Shown here: positions 8,423 to 18,285 of the stretch, piece by piece
How positions within the stretch are numbered: position 1 is the stretch's first letter
Layout: every line of letters starts with the position of its first letter
Assembly (NCBI RefSeq): GCF_036287235.1
Contig: NZ_CP142850.1
Span: 1,163,127 to 1,195,126 of the forward strand
DNA from: Exiguobacterium sp. 9-2
GTDB lineage: Bacteria > Bacillota > Bacilli > Exiguobacteriales > Exiguobacteriaceae
Direction: 5' to 3'
Length of the DNA stretch: 32,000 nucleotides
Made by a program: the position numbers and the translations under genes
The notes under the pieces: model-generated
What the model was told of the DNA's origin: nothing
Databases searched by the model: none
The model's input: only the letters and a program-made list of their open reading frames with translations

Positions 8423-10147
8423 ATGCAACACACACGATGGCAATTAGAAACACTCTATACGATTGATGACGTCAAAGCAGGCATCGCTTCCATACAAACA
8501 GCATTGTCGAATCAGCCGATTGATGTGGCAGAACAGGTCGAGCGTTATCAGCAAGTCGCGCGCGACGTCGAAGAATGGAGCGACTTCATTTATTGTCTGT
8601 ACGCTGAAGATGTCACGCGCGTAGAAGTCCATCCATTGCTTGAAGAGATCGAAGTCGTCCAAGCGATGGTGCGCAGTGAAGTGGCAGCACTCGATACAAA
8701 GATCGCAGCTCTGTCACAAGAAGAGTGGGAAGCGCTCGTTACGGATTCACCGTACGCCTTTTTCTTAAACGAACGCCGTGACATCCAGTCCCGTCGTGCA
8801 CCACTGATTCAAGAACAATTGTTACAGGATCTCGGTGTGGATGGATTCCAGGGCTGGGGACAACTCTACGATCAGCGCTTCATGGCGTTACGGGTCGACT
8901 TGAACGGAAAGCAGGTCACGATTGGTCAAGGATTGCATGAAGCGATGTTCGCGCCTGATCGTTCGGCTCGTCTAGCGGCAGCAATTGCAGTTGACGCCGC
9001 TTGTGCCAAAGAGGCTGACTTGTTTGCGACGATCTTGAACCGGATCTCCGGCTTCAGATTGCAATCCTACAAGATGCGGAACTGGGAGCAACCATTGACA
9101 GAGTTGCTTGAGCAGAACCGGATCTCAGAAGCGAGCTTAAAAGCGATGATCGAAGCACTCGATCAGCACCGAGACCTCTTTCACGCCTATTATGTCCGCA
9201 AGATTGCCCAGGCAGAGCAGGTGACGGGAGAATGGCATGATTTTGAGACGAATACGTATCGTTCCGCGCGGCATGTTCCGTTTGAGACGGCACAGGCAAT
9301 CGTAAGCAAACAATTCAAACAGTTGAATCCAAAGCTCGGTGCTTTTGCTGAAAACGTGTTTAACGAGGGATGGGTCGATGCGGAGAATCGTCCCGGAAAA
9401 GCGGAAGGCGGATTCTGCGCTGCCTTTCCGATTGCAAAAGAGAGCCGGATTTTCATGACGTACCGTGACAGTTATCCAGACGTCGCGACACTTGCTCATG
9501 AATTCGGTCATGCCTATCATAATTATGTTCTGCAAGATGAACCGTATTTAAACCAAGTCAAAGGAACGAGTATCGCGGAGACGGCTTCAACATTCATGGA
9601 GAATCTCGTCCTCGATGCTGCGATCAAAGAGACGACGGAGCGCGAGGAAGTACTTGCTCTCCTAGAGGTCAAGATTCGAGAGGGGCTGAAATATGCCAGC
9701 ATCGTTCCCGGAATGTTTCGTTTCGAGCAACGTTTTTATGCGGAACGTCAGCATGGTACGATCAATGCTGAAAGGTTGAGTGAACTCTTACAAGAGGAAG
9801 AGCGCTTAGCCTATGGTCCAGTGCTGCCTGAACCAGCGCGCTACAAATGGATGTACATCAGTCATCTGTTTAATCCGAACCTTGCGTTCTACAACATTCC
9901 GTATACGATCGGTTATCTGCTTAGCAATAGTCTTTATCAGACGGTTCAAGCGGATCCGAGTCAATTTTCGACAGTTTTTGATGCCGTCATGCACGATTCC
10001 GGTCAAGCGACGATCGATGAAATCGTTAAACGTCACCTCGACGCCGATCCAACATCTATCGCGTTTTGGGTCGAAGCTCAGCAACCGCTCGTCCAGGCGA
10101 TTGAGCAGTATCTGTCGTTAACGGAATCCTCTCTCTCCGTCGATTGA
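8423..10147 (+). CDS. pepF: M3 family oligoendopeptidase (PepF-like)
   Basis: Zinc motif HEFGHAYHNY; RBS ggggaaatcac; 574 aa. Confidence 0.88.
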   Translation: MQHTRWQLETLYTIDDVKAGIASIQTALSNQPIDVAEQVERYQQVARDVEEWSDFIYCLYAEDVTRVEVHPLLEEIEVVQAMVRSEVAALDTKIAALSQEEWEALVTDSPYAFFLNERRDIQSRRAPLIQEQLLQDLGVDGFQGWGQLYDQRFMALRVDLNGKQVTIGQGLHEAMFAPDRSARLAAAIAVDAACAKEADLFATILNRISGFRLQSYKMRNWEQPLTELLEQNRISEASLKAMIEALDQHRDLFHAYYVRKIAQAEQVTGEWHDFETNTYRSARHVPFETAQAIVSKQFKQLNPKLGAFAENVFNEGWVDAENRPGKAEGGFCAAFPIAKESRIFMTYRDSYPDVATLAHEFGHAYHNYVLQDEPYLNQVKGTSIAETASTFMENLVLDAAIKETTEREEVLALLEVKIREGLKYASIVPGMFRFEQRFYAERQHGTINAERLSELLQEEERLAYGPVLPEPARYKWMYISHLFNPNLAFYNIPYTIGYLLSNSLYQTVQADPSQFSTVFDAVMHDSGQATIDEIVKRHLDADPTSIAFWVEAQQPLVQAIEQYLSLTESSLSVD

Positions 10148-10189
10148 AGACGAATCGAAACGGGAACAGAAAAGTAGGGAGGGATGCGG

Positions 10190-10888
10190 ATGTATGAACA
10201 GGAGAAACAATTAGTCGCTGAGGCAGCACTAACTTACGTCAAGGACGGAATGATAGTGGGTCTTGGGACGGGTTCGACGACGGAACGGTTTATCAAGGCG
10301 CTTGGTCCACTCGTACAGGCTGGATTACAGATTCGTGGCGTGGCGACGTCGCTTGCGACGGTAAAGCTCGCTGATCAGTTACAAATCCCATTGATTGATC
10401 TGGAAGAGGGAATGGAAATCGATGTGACAGTTGACGGAATTGATCAAATCGATGGTCAGTTTCAAACCATTAAAGGCGGTGGCGGTGCATTGTTTCGTGA
10501 AAAAATTGTCGCCCTGATGAGTCGCGAATTGCTCTATCTGACCGATTCCTCGAAGTTCGTCCATCATTTAAGTGGACCGTTACCTGTCGAACTGGATTCG
10601 TTTGCCTTACCTTACGTGCGGCAACGTCTACGTGATAAGCATGTATCAGCAACACTACGCGTGAAAGATGATCGTCCCTTCGTTACAGATGGAGGTCACG
10701 TGATTCTTGACGTTGATGTATCAGCCATTTCGGACGTTCGATTATTCGCAAAAGAAGTGAAGAGCTGGTCAGGAGTGCTTGAGACCGGTTACTTCGAGCG
10801 ACAACCCGATCATGTCCTGACGGTCGAAGAGGGAAAGGTCAAACGCATCGCGCATCCTCGCCTGCGTGACGGTGGTGGGTTGGTTTAA
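10190..10888 (+). CDS. rpiA: Ribose-5-phosphate isomerase A
   Basis: [32 protein letters not shown]-type motif ([29 protein letters not shown]); start is 10190 or 10184 (RBS agggaggg at ~10176-10183 favours 10190). Confidence 0.92.
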   Translation: MYEQEKQLVAEAALTYVKDGMIVGLGTGSTTERFIKALGPLVQAGLQIRGVATSLATVKLADQLQIPLIDLEEGMEIDVTVDGIDQIDGQFQTIKGGGGALFREKIVALMSRELLYLTDSSKFVHHLSGPLPVELDSFALPYVRQRLRDKHVSATLRVKDDRPFVTDGGHVILDVDVSAISDVRLFAKEVKSWSGVLETGYFERQPDHVLTVEEGKVKRIAHPRLRDGGGLV

Positions 10889-10909
10889 GAAAAGAAAGAA
10901 GGAAACCGT

Positions 10910-11170
10910 ATGGGCTTGAAAAAACGGTATTTATTTGGAGCTGGCATCATTGCCGGAACGAGTCTACTTTTGTTAAGGAAGCGGGAACAGGGCACACAAA
11001 CAGATGCACTACGTGAATATTTAGCGCATCTCGATCAGGATCCGAGTCCGGATGCTGCGAAGGACCCGGATGAGGTCGGATTGACGAAACTCGATTCCAT
11101 CTATCGAGCTGAGTGGCAAGCGAATGGGTTCCCGCGTTCGCGGGTGGAGCTAGAAGAGCTGGAAAAATAG
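10910..11170 (+). CDS. Small hypothetical protein with N-terminal hydrophobic segment
   Basis: MGLKKRYLFGAGIIAGTSLLLLRKREQ...; 86 aa, close behind rpiA. Confidence 0.65.
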   Translation: MGLKKRYLFGAGIIAGTSLLLLRKREQGTQTDALREYLAHLDQDPSPDAAKDPDEVGLTKLDSIYRAEWQANGFPRSRVELEELEK

Positions 11171-11198
11171 AAAAGTAGTAATTAGCTAAGAAGTATTT

Positions 11199-11240
11199 AA
11201 ACGGCTTGAGTCCAAGATTTGAACGGGCTTTAGCCGTTTT
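11199..11240 (+). terminator. Probable Rho-independent terminator
   Basis: aaacggct ... agccgtttt inverted repeat with terminal Ts. Confidence 0.55.
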
Positions 11241-11499
11241 AATTATAATTGAAGTTTTTTAATAATATATCATTGTCGTCTCATGAACTTCTAAGAACTC
11301 TAGTCTATGTAACGACTGATCTGGGTCTCATCATTCAGTAGAGGTGCAAAGTAAGAGTCATGACTATTATGTAAAATAGAACTATTTTACTTCACACATT
11401 GAACAAAAGTGAAAAACAACTCTCAAACCCTCTTTTCCTAAACTGCTTTCTGATAAGATGTGGATTATATCCAATGCGATTCGAGAGGAGATTCATTGA

Positions 11500-11916
11500 G
11501 TGAAGACGTTTTTTAACATCAACATATCGAGCTTTTTGTATGCCGTCGCTTTATTCGTTCCGTTGCAAATCATGCTAAATATCAATCGAATCATGAGACT
11601 TACGAATATGTCTTCAGGTATGTTTTGGACTTTGAATATCATGATTGGATGGATCACTTTAATCAGTATTCCTTTTTTGATTAGACAGATCACTTTCAAA
11701 TCCACTCTACATAAATCGTTTGAACGAATCACCTGCCTCTCCTGGTTCGTCTACTATGTGTTATTCACATACATCACTAGCCGAATCATTCCAATCAAAA
11801 ATGGGGGAGATATGCCAAGCCCTGTTCTTGGCCTCATCTTAATCCTGATATTGTCAAGCTATCCTCTCTATATAATAATTTCGAAATGGCTCATCGTGGA
11901 TCGAGAGTCGAAATAA
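11500..11916 (+). CDS. Small multi-pass membrane protein of unknown function
   Basis: 138 aa, about 4 hydrophobic segments; gagaggag RBS upstream of GTG. Confidence 0.65.
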   Translation: MKTFFNINISSFLYAVALFVPLQIMLNINRIMRLTNMSSGMFWTLNIMIGWITLISIPFLIRQITFKSTLHKSFERITCLSWFVYYVLFTYITSRIIPIKNGGDMPSPVLGLILILILSSYPLYIIISKWLIVDRESK

Positions 11917-11951
11917 GGTATGAAAAATCCGTAACATCAAGGAGGCATATT

Positions 11952-12505
11952 TTGAAAAAACGCTATTTATACTTTTATTCGACAGCGATTATTCTGATCG
12001 GGGAGGCATCTATTCATATAAATCAGGATACATCCCTCGCTCAACTCCCTATATAGAACGAAAGCATGAAGTGCTGATGGATGCTAAGACCGTCAATTCA
12101 GTCAATCGAAAAGACTATATCGAAAGATCGATGCGATATATGGCTAGCTTTGCACCTTATTCAACGGGGGATTCCATCACAAAGAAGTCGACAATGAGCG
12201 AATTGAGGACAAAGATTGATACGATGCACGATATCGAACAGTCCTTCCAATTCAAGTCGGATGATCCAGAATCAGAATCTTTACGGAAAGTAGCAAAGAA
12301 CTATACTTCTTATATCGAGGCGCTCGAATATGTTGCGAGCAACATGCATGGTAAGGAGTCGATGAACATCGATCAAGTAAACTACTTGAAGAGCGTTTGG
12401 AATGAGGTCGTCACACCTGCACGTCATATAAAAAGTGAGGTCGGTCGTTCACAAGAAGGCGAAGCCGTCATGTTTGAAAAAGAGATCACCATAGTCTGGT
12501 CCTAA
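11952..12505 (+). pseudogene. Hypothetical membrane-anchored or secreted protein, apparently frameshifted near 12000-12003
   Basis: RBS aaggagg then TTG start MKKRYLYFYSTAIILIG; reading continues as GGIYSYKSGYIPRSTPYIERKHEVLMDAKTVNS... in another frame; one extra G in the G4 run would join them. The ORF track lists only 12071..12505. Confidence 0.65.
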
Positions 12506-12608
12506 TATGTTAAGAGCTAATTGATAAGAATGTAGTAATGTATAAGACATGTCTCTATGAGAAGAAATCCCTTCTTTGTAATACGAAATAAGTAGTTGAT
12601 CATAAACT

Positions 12609-12643
12609 AAACAGCCCTAGATCAATGGATCCAGGGCTGTTTT
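12609..12643. terminator. Bidirectional Rho-independent terminator
   Basis: aaacagccct ... agggctgtttt between convergent genes. Confidence 0.75.
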
Positions 12644-12651
12644 CATGCGTT

Positions 12652-13056
12652 TTAATATGTAAGCGACCCAGCAATGATCAAACCGATCGAAATCGATAAG
12701 AAGAGGAGCAGCAAGCCGACTGCTTCGTTGTTCGCATCAATCTCTTTTGTCATGCTTAAGCGTGGGATTAGTAAATCCGCGAGATAGAACAAGACGATTT
12801 GTAAGACGATTGCGAGTGCACCCCATAAGACCATATCGAGAATGCTGACGGAGTTCGAGATACTCGAATAGAGGACGATGGCAAGACCGAGAATACGTCC
12901 ACCGAATGCATAAACGGCTGCTTTCTTACCATTACGGATTAATTCCAGTTCCTTTGATTTCGTCGTTACCTCGAACAGGACGACACCAATTGCAAGGAGT
13001 ACGGTCGCGACACCGATATACGTAAGGGTCGAGAGGAATAAGTCACTGAATGTCAT
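12652..13056 (-). CDS. DUF350-like small membrane protein
   Basis: MTFSDLFLSTLTYIGVATVLLAIGVVLFEVTT... (134 aa), ATG preceded by GGAGGT; the track's 13173 start overlaps the upstream small ORF. Confidence 0.75.
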   Translation of the reverse strand: MTFSDLFLSTLTYIGVATVLLAIGVVLFEVTTKSKELELIRNGKKAAVYAFGGRILGLAIVLYSSISNSVSILDMVLWGALAIVLQIVLFYLADLLIPRLSMTKEIDANNEAVGLLLLFLSISIGLIIAGSLTY

Positions 13057-13069
13057 GTTGGTACCTCCA

Positions 13070-13237
13070 TCATGATTTTTTATTTTTTTTGCGTTGTTCG
13101 TATGCGACATACAATTCAAGCAGTGCTCCGACGAGAATGCCTGCTGATACATACAAATAGAAGTTGTCACCAATGAATCCGAACACGAGTCCTAAGAGAA
13201 GACCGATCAGGATATAAGGACCTTTTGTTAACTTCAT
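13070..13237 (-). CDS. Small membrane protein (55 aa), below the size cut-off of the ORF track
   Basis: Reverse-strand translation MKLTKGPYILIGLLLGLVFGFIGDNFYLYVSAGILVGALLELYVAYEQRKKNKKS, two hydrophobic segments, directly upstream of the DUF350-like gene. Confidence 0.65.
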   Translation of the reverse strand: MKLTKGPYILIGLLLGLVFGFIGDNFYLYVSAGILVGALLELYVAYEQRKKNKKS

Positions 13238-13292
13238 ATCAATCACCTGCCTCTACTTTAAAGGTAGCGGATTTCAGAGGTGACGTCCATCG

Positions 13293-14408
13293 TTATTCTT
13301 GGAAGCTGACGGCAGATTCTGCATTAGGAGAAAACAGGACGACTTGATTCCGTCCTTGTTGTTTTGCTTGATAAAGCGCGGCATCCGCATCCGGTAAGAG
13401 ATGGTCGATTTGAGATGTCGTCTCATCATACGCGGCTAAACCAAATGATGCTGTAAGTGGCAGATCGGTCGTCGCTAGTCGGAACGGGCTGCAGGCGATA
13501 CGTTCACGTAATTGCTCTGCTAAAGGAATCACTTCAGCGAGCGGAACGCCTTCAAACAAGACGGAGAACTCTTCACCGCCGTTACGAGATAAATACCCGC
13601 TCTCTGCGACGCCATCACGCAGTCGGCTGGCAAACTGACGTAGCACTTCGTCACCCGCTTCATGTCCATACGTATCGTTGATCTGTTTAAAATGATCAAT
13701 ATCGATCGTCAACAACACGATGGACTGTTTGTTCAAGATCAATCGTTGTTTGAGATCCGTGAAGTATTCGTTAAAAGCACGTGAATTATTCAATCCCGTC
13801 AAAAAGTCGAGTTGTGCTTTCTGCCGAAGCACCCGTAACGACTGTTTCGTCAGGCGGATATCACGAATGATCAAAAGGGCGAGCCAACTGCTAACGAAAG
13901 AAGCGGGAATGACGACCGACATGACCTCGAGTAAGAGGATTTGTTTCGGTAAGACGATCCATAAGACAAGGGCATGCAAAGCCGTCGCATAGAGCGTCAC
14001 GAGTGTAAAGGTCCGTTTTGCGTAAGGCGGCATTTCACGAACAATCAGACTCGTTCCGAGGGCGACAGCGACGATGAAACCAAATGCAGTGAATGCAGCC
14101 AAGTTCGTTCCCAGACTAAAGCGATAAACAATGATCGCGACCGTCACGATCGTTGTTGGAATAACGCCTCCAAAGTAGGCGGCGACAATGACCGGAACAT
14201 GGCGCAAATCAATCATGACGCCGGGGGCTGCTTCGATTGTCATCTGCATGAGCAGTAAGGAGATCATGCTCAGGGCAAGACCATACAGTACGCGGGTGAG
14301 ACGTGGAGATTCTCGCGTGATCGGAAGCGGTGATAATTTTCCAAGTAGATAAAAACCAGCCATTAATAGCGTCACGTTATGTAAGACGTCAAAAAGGATG
14401 CTTTTCAT
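13293..14408 (-). CDS. Membrane-bound diguanylate cyclase, 5TM-5TMR_LYT (LytS/YhcK-type) sensor + GGDEF
   Basis: Hydrophobic N-terminal half; C-terminal DIDHFKQINDTYGHEAGDEVLRQFA... and SRNGGEEFSVLF (intact GGEEF). Confidence 0.92.
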   Translation of the reverse strand: MKSILFDVLHNVTLLMAGFYLLGKLSPLPITRESPRLTRVLYGLALSMISLLLMQMTIEAAPGVMIDLRHVPVIVAAYFGGVIPTTIVTVAIIVYRFSLGTNLAAFTAFGFIVAVALGTSLIVREMPPYAKRTFTLVTLYATALHALVLWIVLPKQILLLEVMSVVIPASFVSSWLALLIIRDIRLTKQSLRVLRQKAQLDFLTGLNNSRAFNEYFTDLKQRLILNKQSIVLLTIDIDHFKQINDTYGHEAGDEVLRQFASRLRDGVAESGYLSRNGGEEFSVLFEGVPLAEVIPLAEQLRERIACSPFRLATTDLPLTASFGLAAYDETTSQIDHLLPDADAALYQAKQQGRNQVVLFSPNAESAVSFQE

Positions 14409-14569
14409 GAATCGTCCATCCTTTCGAAAAAAGTACGTTATTTAAGAAATATACGCCATAAACGGACTAACTCCTGTTTATCGAAAAAATAAACTCTTCC
14501 CATCAATTGTGTCTATAATGTGAACTTATGATTTCTATAAGCTGTACTTATGGTTTTAGGGAATTTGAT

Positions 14570-14597
14570 TGACCTCCTCGACACTGCATTGTTAAAT
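14570..14597 (+). promoter_or_regulatory. Possible SigA promoter TTGACC-N16-TTAAAT
   Basis: Upstream of the gntP-type permease gene; modest -10 match. Confidence 0.4.
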
Positions 14598-14612
14598 GAT
14601 GAAGAAGCGGTA

Positions 14613-14626
14613 TGAAAGCGCTTACT
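14613..14626 (+). promoter_or_regulatory. Candidate CcpA cre site
   Basis: TGAAAGCGCTTACT matches the TGWAARCGYTWNCW consensus; lies between putative promoter and RBS. Confidence 0.65.
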
Positions 14627-14648
14627 AAATTTGAAGGAGATCTTACTC

Positions 14649-16088
14649 ATGGAACTCGTCATCATTCTTCTTGCCTTATCTTTATTGATGTTCGTTGCCT
14701 ATCGTGGTTTTTCGGTCATCCTATTTGCACCAATCTGTGCCTTGTTCGCCGTCTTACTGACGAACCCGGACTGGGTGTTACCATTCTTCTCGAATATCTT
14801 CATGGAAAAGATGGTCGGCTTCATCAAAGCATACTTCCCGGTCTTCCTCCTCGGAGCGATTTTCGGAAAAGTCGTTGAGATGTCCGGTATCGCGGAGTCG
14901 ATCGCAAAGACAATCATTCGTATGATTGGTGCGAAGCGCGCTATCCTTGCCATCGTCTTACTCGGCGCCATTCTTACATATAGCGGCGTCAGCTTATTCG
15001 TTGTCGTATTTGCTGTCTATCCGTTCGCTGCGAACTTGTTCCGCGAAGCAAACATCCCGAAACGACTCATTCCGGGAACGATTGCCCTTGGTGCGTTCAC
15101 GTTCACGATGGATGCCTTACCAGGAACACCTCAGATTCAGAACGTCATTCCGACGACGCTCTTCAAAACGGATATCTACGCTGCGCCGATCATGGGTTCA
15201 GTCGGTGGATTGTTCATCCTAGTCGTCGGCATGTGGTATCTCGAGTCACGCAAGAAAAAAGCCCATCAAGCAGGTGAAGGATACGCTGGATTTGAAGCAA
15301 CGGCGGCAAGTGCCGCACCGCAGATGGAGTTGAAGAACGAACCAGAAATGACGCTCGAGACGGATCGTCAACCAGTCTATCGCCAAGTCCTTGCCTTTGT
15401 CCCACTCGTCCTTGTTGCCGTAATGAACAAAGTCTTTACACTCTCGATTCCGAAATGGTATCCAGAAGGATTCGATTTTTCAGCAATCGGTCTAGAAGCA
15501 TTCGGAAAGATCGAGACACCCGCTGTTCTTGCGATCTGGTCCGTTCAAATGGCATTGTTGATCGGAATTCTCGCAGCGATGCTCTATGACTTCCGAAAGA
15601 TCAAGACGAACTTCCAAACTGGTCTGAACGTCAGTATCGGTGGTGCGCTCTTAGCGGTCATGAATACAGGTGCTGAGTATGGCTTCGGTGGCGTCATCGC
15701 GGCGTTACCAGGATTTAAGTCCGTCTCAAGCGGAATCTCGGAGACATTCACGAATCCGCTCGTCAACGGAGCCGTCACGACGACGACGCTTGCCGGTGTC
15801 ACCGGTTCCGCATCAGGCGGGATGGGGATCGCGTTAAGTGCGATGTCGGATAAATATACGCAGGCAATCACATCGGGTGGCATACCACCGGAAGTCATGC
15901 ACCGCGTCATCTCGATGGCGTCCGGCGGAATGGATACGTTACCGCATAACGGTGCCGTCATCACATTACTTGCCGTCACGGGCCTAACGCATCGTCAGTC
16001 GTATAAAGACATCTTCATGATTACGATCCTCAAGACAGTGACGGTCTTCTTGATGATCGGATTGTATAGCTTGACTGGTTTGTACTAA
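14649..16088 (+). CDS. GntP-family permease (YxjC-like)
   Basis: MELVIILLALSLLMFVAYRGFSVILFAPICALFAVLL; ATG after gaaggagatctta; many TM segments; SVGGLFILVVG...GGIPPEVMHRVISMASGGMDTLPHNGAVITLLAV. Confidence 0.9.
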   Translation: MELVIILLALSLLMFVAYRGFSVILFAPICALFAVLLTNPDWVLPFFSNIFMEKMVGFIKAYFPVFLLGAIFGKVVEMSGIAESIAKTIIRMIGAKRAILAIVLLGAILTYSGVSLFVVVFAVYPFAANLFREANIPKRLIPGTIALGAFTFTMDALPGTPQIQNVIPTTLFKTDIYAAPIMGSVGGLFILVVGMWYLESRKKKAHQAGEGYAGFEATAASAAPQMELKNEPEMTLETDRQPVYRQVLAFVPLVLVAVMNKVFTLSIPKWYPEGFDFSAIGLEAFGKIETPAVLAIWSVQMALLIGILAAMLYDFRKIKTNFQTGLNVSIGGALLAVMNTGAEYGFGGVIAALPGFKSVSSGISETFTNPLVNGAVTTTTLAGVTGSASGGMGIALSAMSDKYTQAITSGGIPPEVMHRVISMASGGMDTLPHNGAVITLLAVTGLTHRQSYKDIFMITILKTVTVFLMIGLYSLTGLY

Positions 16089-16112
16089 GAGTTTAGAAGG
16101 GGGCATCATCAG

Positions 16113-16814
16113 ATGAAACAGGGGAAAGTATACGCATCATTCGCGGAAGCGACAGCAGACATCTTTGACGGGGCGACGCTAGTCGTAGGGGGCTTCGGAC
16201 TCTGCGGAATCCCGGAAAAATCTATTACGGCGTTACAAGAGAAAGGCGTCAAGGATTTGACGGTCGTCAGTAACAATTGTGGCGTCGATGATTTTGGACT
16301 TGGTCTCCTCTTGCAGACGCGACAAATCAAGAAGATGATTTCGTCGTATGTCGGGGAAAATAAGACGTTTGAACAACAGTACCTCAGTGGCGAGATCGAA
16401 GTCGATCTCGTTCCCCAAGGTACGCTAGCGGAACGTATCCGTGCCGGTGGTGCTGGTATTCCTGGTTTCTATACACCAACAGGCGTCGGGACACCGATTG
16501 CTGAAGGAAAGGAACAAAAGAAGTTCGACGGGAAGACATATCTGCTCGAAGAAGGAATCGTCGGCGATTTTGCGATTGTCAAAGCATGGAAAGCAGATCG
16601 TCTCGGGAATCTTGTCTTCCGGAAGACATCACGCAACTTTAACCCGATCGTCGCGACAGCTGGAAAAGTAACGATCGTCGAAGTCGAAGAACTCGTCGAG
16701 GTCGGCGAACTCGATCCGAACGAGATCCACACGCCTGCTGTCTACGTCCAGCGCATCGTTGTTGGAACGGATTATGAAAAACGCATCGAACGCCGGACTG
16801 TCCGGGAAGCTTGA
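16113..16814 (+). CDS. scoA: 3-oxoacid CoA-transferase subunit A
   Basis: [22 protein letters not shown]; [27 protein letters not shown]. Confidence 0.92.
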   Translation: MKQGKVYASFAEATADIFDGATLVVGGFGLCGIPEKSITALQEKGVKDLTVVSNNCGVDDFGLGLLLQTRQIKKMISSYVGENKTFEQQYLSGEIEVDLVPQGTLAERIRAGGAGIPGFYTPTGVGTPIAEGKEQKKFDGKTYLLEEGIVGDFAIVKAWKADRLGNLVFRKTSRNFNPIVATAGKVTIVEVEELVEVGELDPNEIHTPAVYVQRIVVGTDYEKRIERRTVREA

Positions 16815-16827
16815 GGAGGAGATCGAT

Positions 16828-17490
16828 ATGAAAACGACACGAGAGATCATCATTGAACGCGCGCTTCAGGAAGTTGAAGACGGGATGTACGTCAACCTCG
16901 GGATCGGGATTCCGACATTGATCGCCAATGCGATTCCGGACGATATGCATGTCATGCTGCAATCCGAAAACGGACTGCTTGGCATCGGACCGTATCCACT
17001 TGATCATGAAGTTGATGCGGACGAGATCAATGCCGGCAAAGAGACAGTCACAGCACAATCCGGAGCTTCTTACTTCGACAGTGCTGAATCGTTCGCGATG
17101 ATTCGCGGTGGGCACATCGACCTCGCGATCCTTGGCGGTATGGAAGTCGATCAGAACGGTGACCTCGCGAACTGGATGATTCCGGGCAAGATGGTCAAGG
17201 GCATGGGCGGAGCGATGGACCTCGTCAACGGAGCGAAACGCGTCGTCATCATCATGGAGCATGTCAACAAACACGGCGAATCGAAAGTCAAACAGTCGTG
17301 TACCTTGCCGTTGACAGGACGCGCCGTCGTCAACCGTCTGATTACGGACCGGGCCGTCTTTGATTTCACGCCGGACGGGATGGTCTTGATCGAGACGCTG
17401 AATGGTCATACGGTCGAAGACGTCAAACAAGTCACGGAAGCACGATTCACGGTCAGTCCGGAACTCGAGCGCGTGACGGTAGGGGAGTGA
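16828..17490 (+). CDS. scoB: 3-oxoacid CoA-transferase subunit B
   Basis: [40 protein letters not shown]; ATG after ggaggagatcgat (the track start at 16759 overlaps scoA). Confidence 0.93.
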   Translation: MKTTREIIIERALQEVEDGMYVNLGIGIPTLIANAIPDDMHVMLQSENGLLGIGPYPLDHEVDADEINAGKETVTAQSGASYFDSAESFAMIRGGHIDLAILGGMEVDQNGDLANWMIPGKMVKGMGGAMDLVNGAKRVVIIMEHVNKHGESKVKQSCTLPLTGRAVVNRLITDRAVFDFTPDGMVLIETLNGHTVEDVKQVTEARFTVSPELERVTVGE

Positions 17491-17495
17491 AGCAG

Positions 17496-18272
17496 ATGGT
17501 CAAAGGAGATATCGTACTCGTCACAGGTGCAGGAAGCGGAATTGGTCTAGAAATCTCAAAGGCGTTCGCTGAGGCAGGAGCGAAAGTCGTCGTAACGGAC
17601 GTCCGCGCGGAAGCAGCAGAGGAAGCAGCGGCAGCGATTCGCGGAGCTGGTCATGAAGCAGTCGGGATGACGTTAAACGTCACCGATGAAGCACAGGTCG
17701 AAGCCGTCTTGAAGCAGACGGTCGAACAGTTTGGTCGACTTGACGTCTTGATCAACAACGCGGGTCTTCAACACGTCTCACCAATTGAAGAGTTTCCGAC
17801 AGAGAAGTTCGAATTGATGATTAAGATCATGTTGACGGCACCGTTCATGGCCATCAAACATGCTTTTCCGATCATGAAGGAACAAGGCTACGGACGTATT
17901 CTCAACATGGCATCGATCAATGGTTTAATCGGTTTTGCTGGGAAAGCAGCATATAACTCGGCGAAGCATGGATTGCTTGGTCTAACGAAGGTCGCAGCCC
18001 TTGAAGGAGCGGAATACGGGATCACCGTCAACGCGATTTGTCCGGGTTACGTCGATACACCACTCGTTCGTAATCAAATGGAAGACTTAGCGAAAACGCG
18101 ACACGTCGAGCTTGAGAAGGTACTTGAAGAAGTCATCTATCCGCTCGTTCCGCAAAAACGTCTGCTTGCTGTCGAGGAGATTGCAGATTATGCATTGTTC
18201 CTTGCGAGCCGCAAAGCAAAAGGCATCACTGGACAAGCGAACGTCCTTGATGGTGGATACACGATTCAATAA
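17496..18272 (+). CDS. 3-hydroxybutyrate dehydrogenase (SDR)
   Basis: [18 protein letters not shown]; [42 protein letters not shown]; operon context. Alternative GTG start at 17487 overlaps the scoB stop. Confidence 0.88.
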   Translation: MVKGDIVLVTGAGSGIGLEISKAFAEAGAKVVVTDVRAEAAEEAAAAIRGAGHEAVGMTLNVTDEAQVEAVLKQTVEQFGRLDVLINNAGLQHVSPIEEFPTEKFELMIKIMLTAPFMAIKHAFPIMKEQGYGRILNMASINGLIGFAGKAAYNSAKHGLLGLTKVAALEGAEYGITVNAICPGYVDTPLVRNQMEDLAKTRHVELEKVLEEVIYPLVPQKRLLAVEEIADYALFLASRKAKGITGQANVLDGGYTIQ

Positions 18273-18285
18273 GGAGATGGAGCAG

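Noticed and set aside
8444-10121. Several antisense or alternate-frame ORFs inside the M3 peptidase gene (e.g. 9054..9299, 9137..9535, 9806..10084, 9813..10121)
   Set aside because: They lie entirely within a strong, recognisable CDS, lack RBS and plausible protein composition, and are typical shadow ORFs.
11338-11395. GTAGAGGTGC resembles the start of a lysine riboswitch (L-box)
   Set aside because: The other conserved L-box blocks (such as the GCCGAAG-type segment and GGGGAG region) are not present, and the downstream genes are not lysine-related.
15214-15979. Antisense ORFs inside the permease gene and similar ORFs across the sco/thiolase operon
   Set aside because: Shadow frames of genuine coding sequence with no independent signals.
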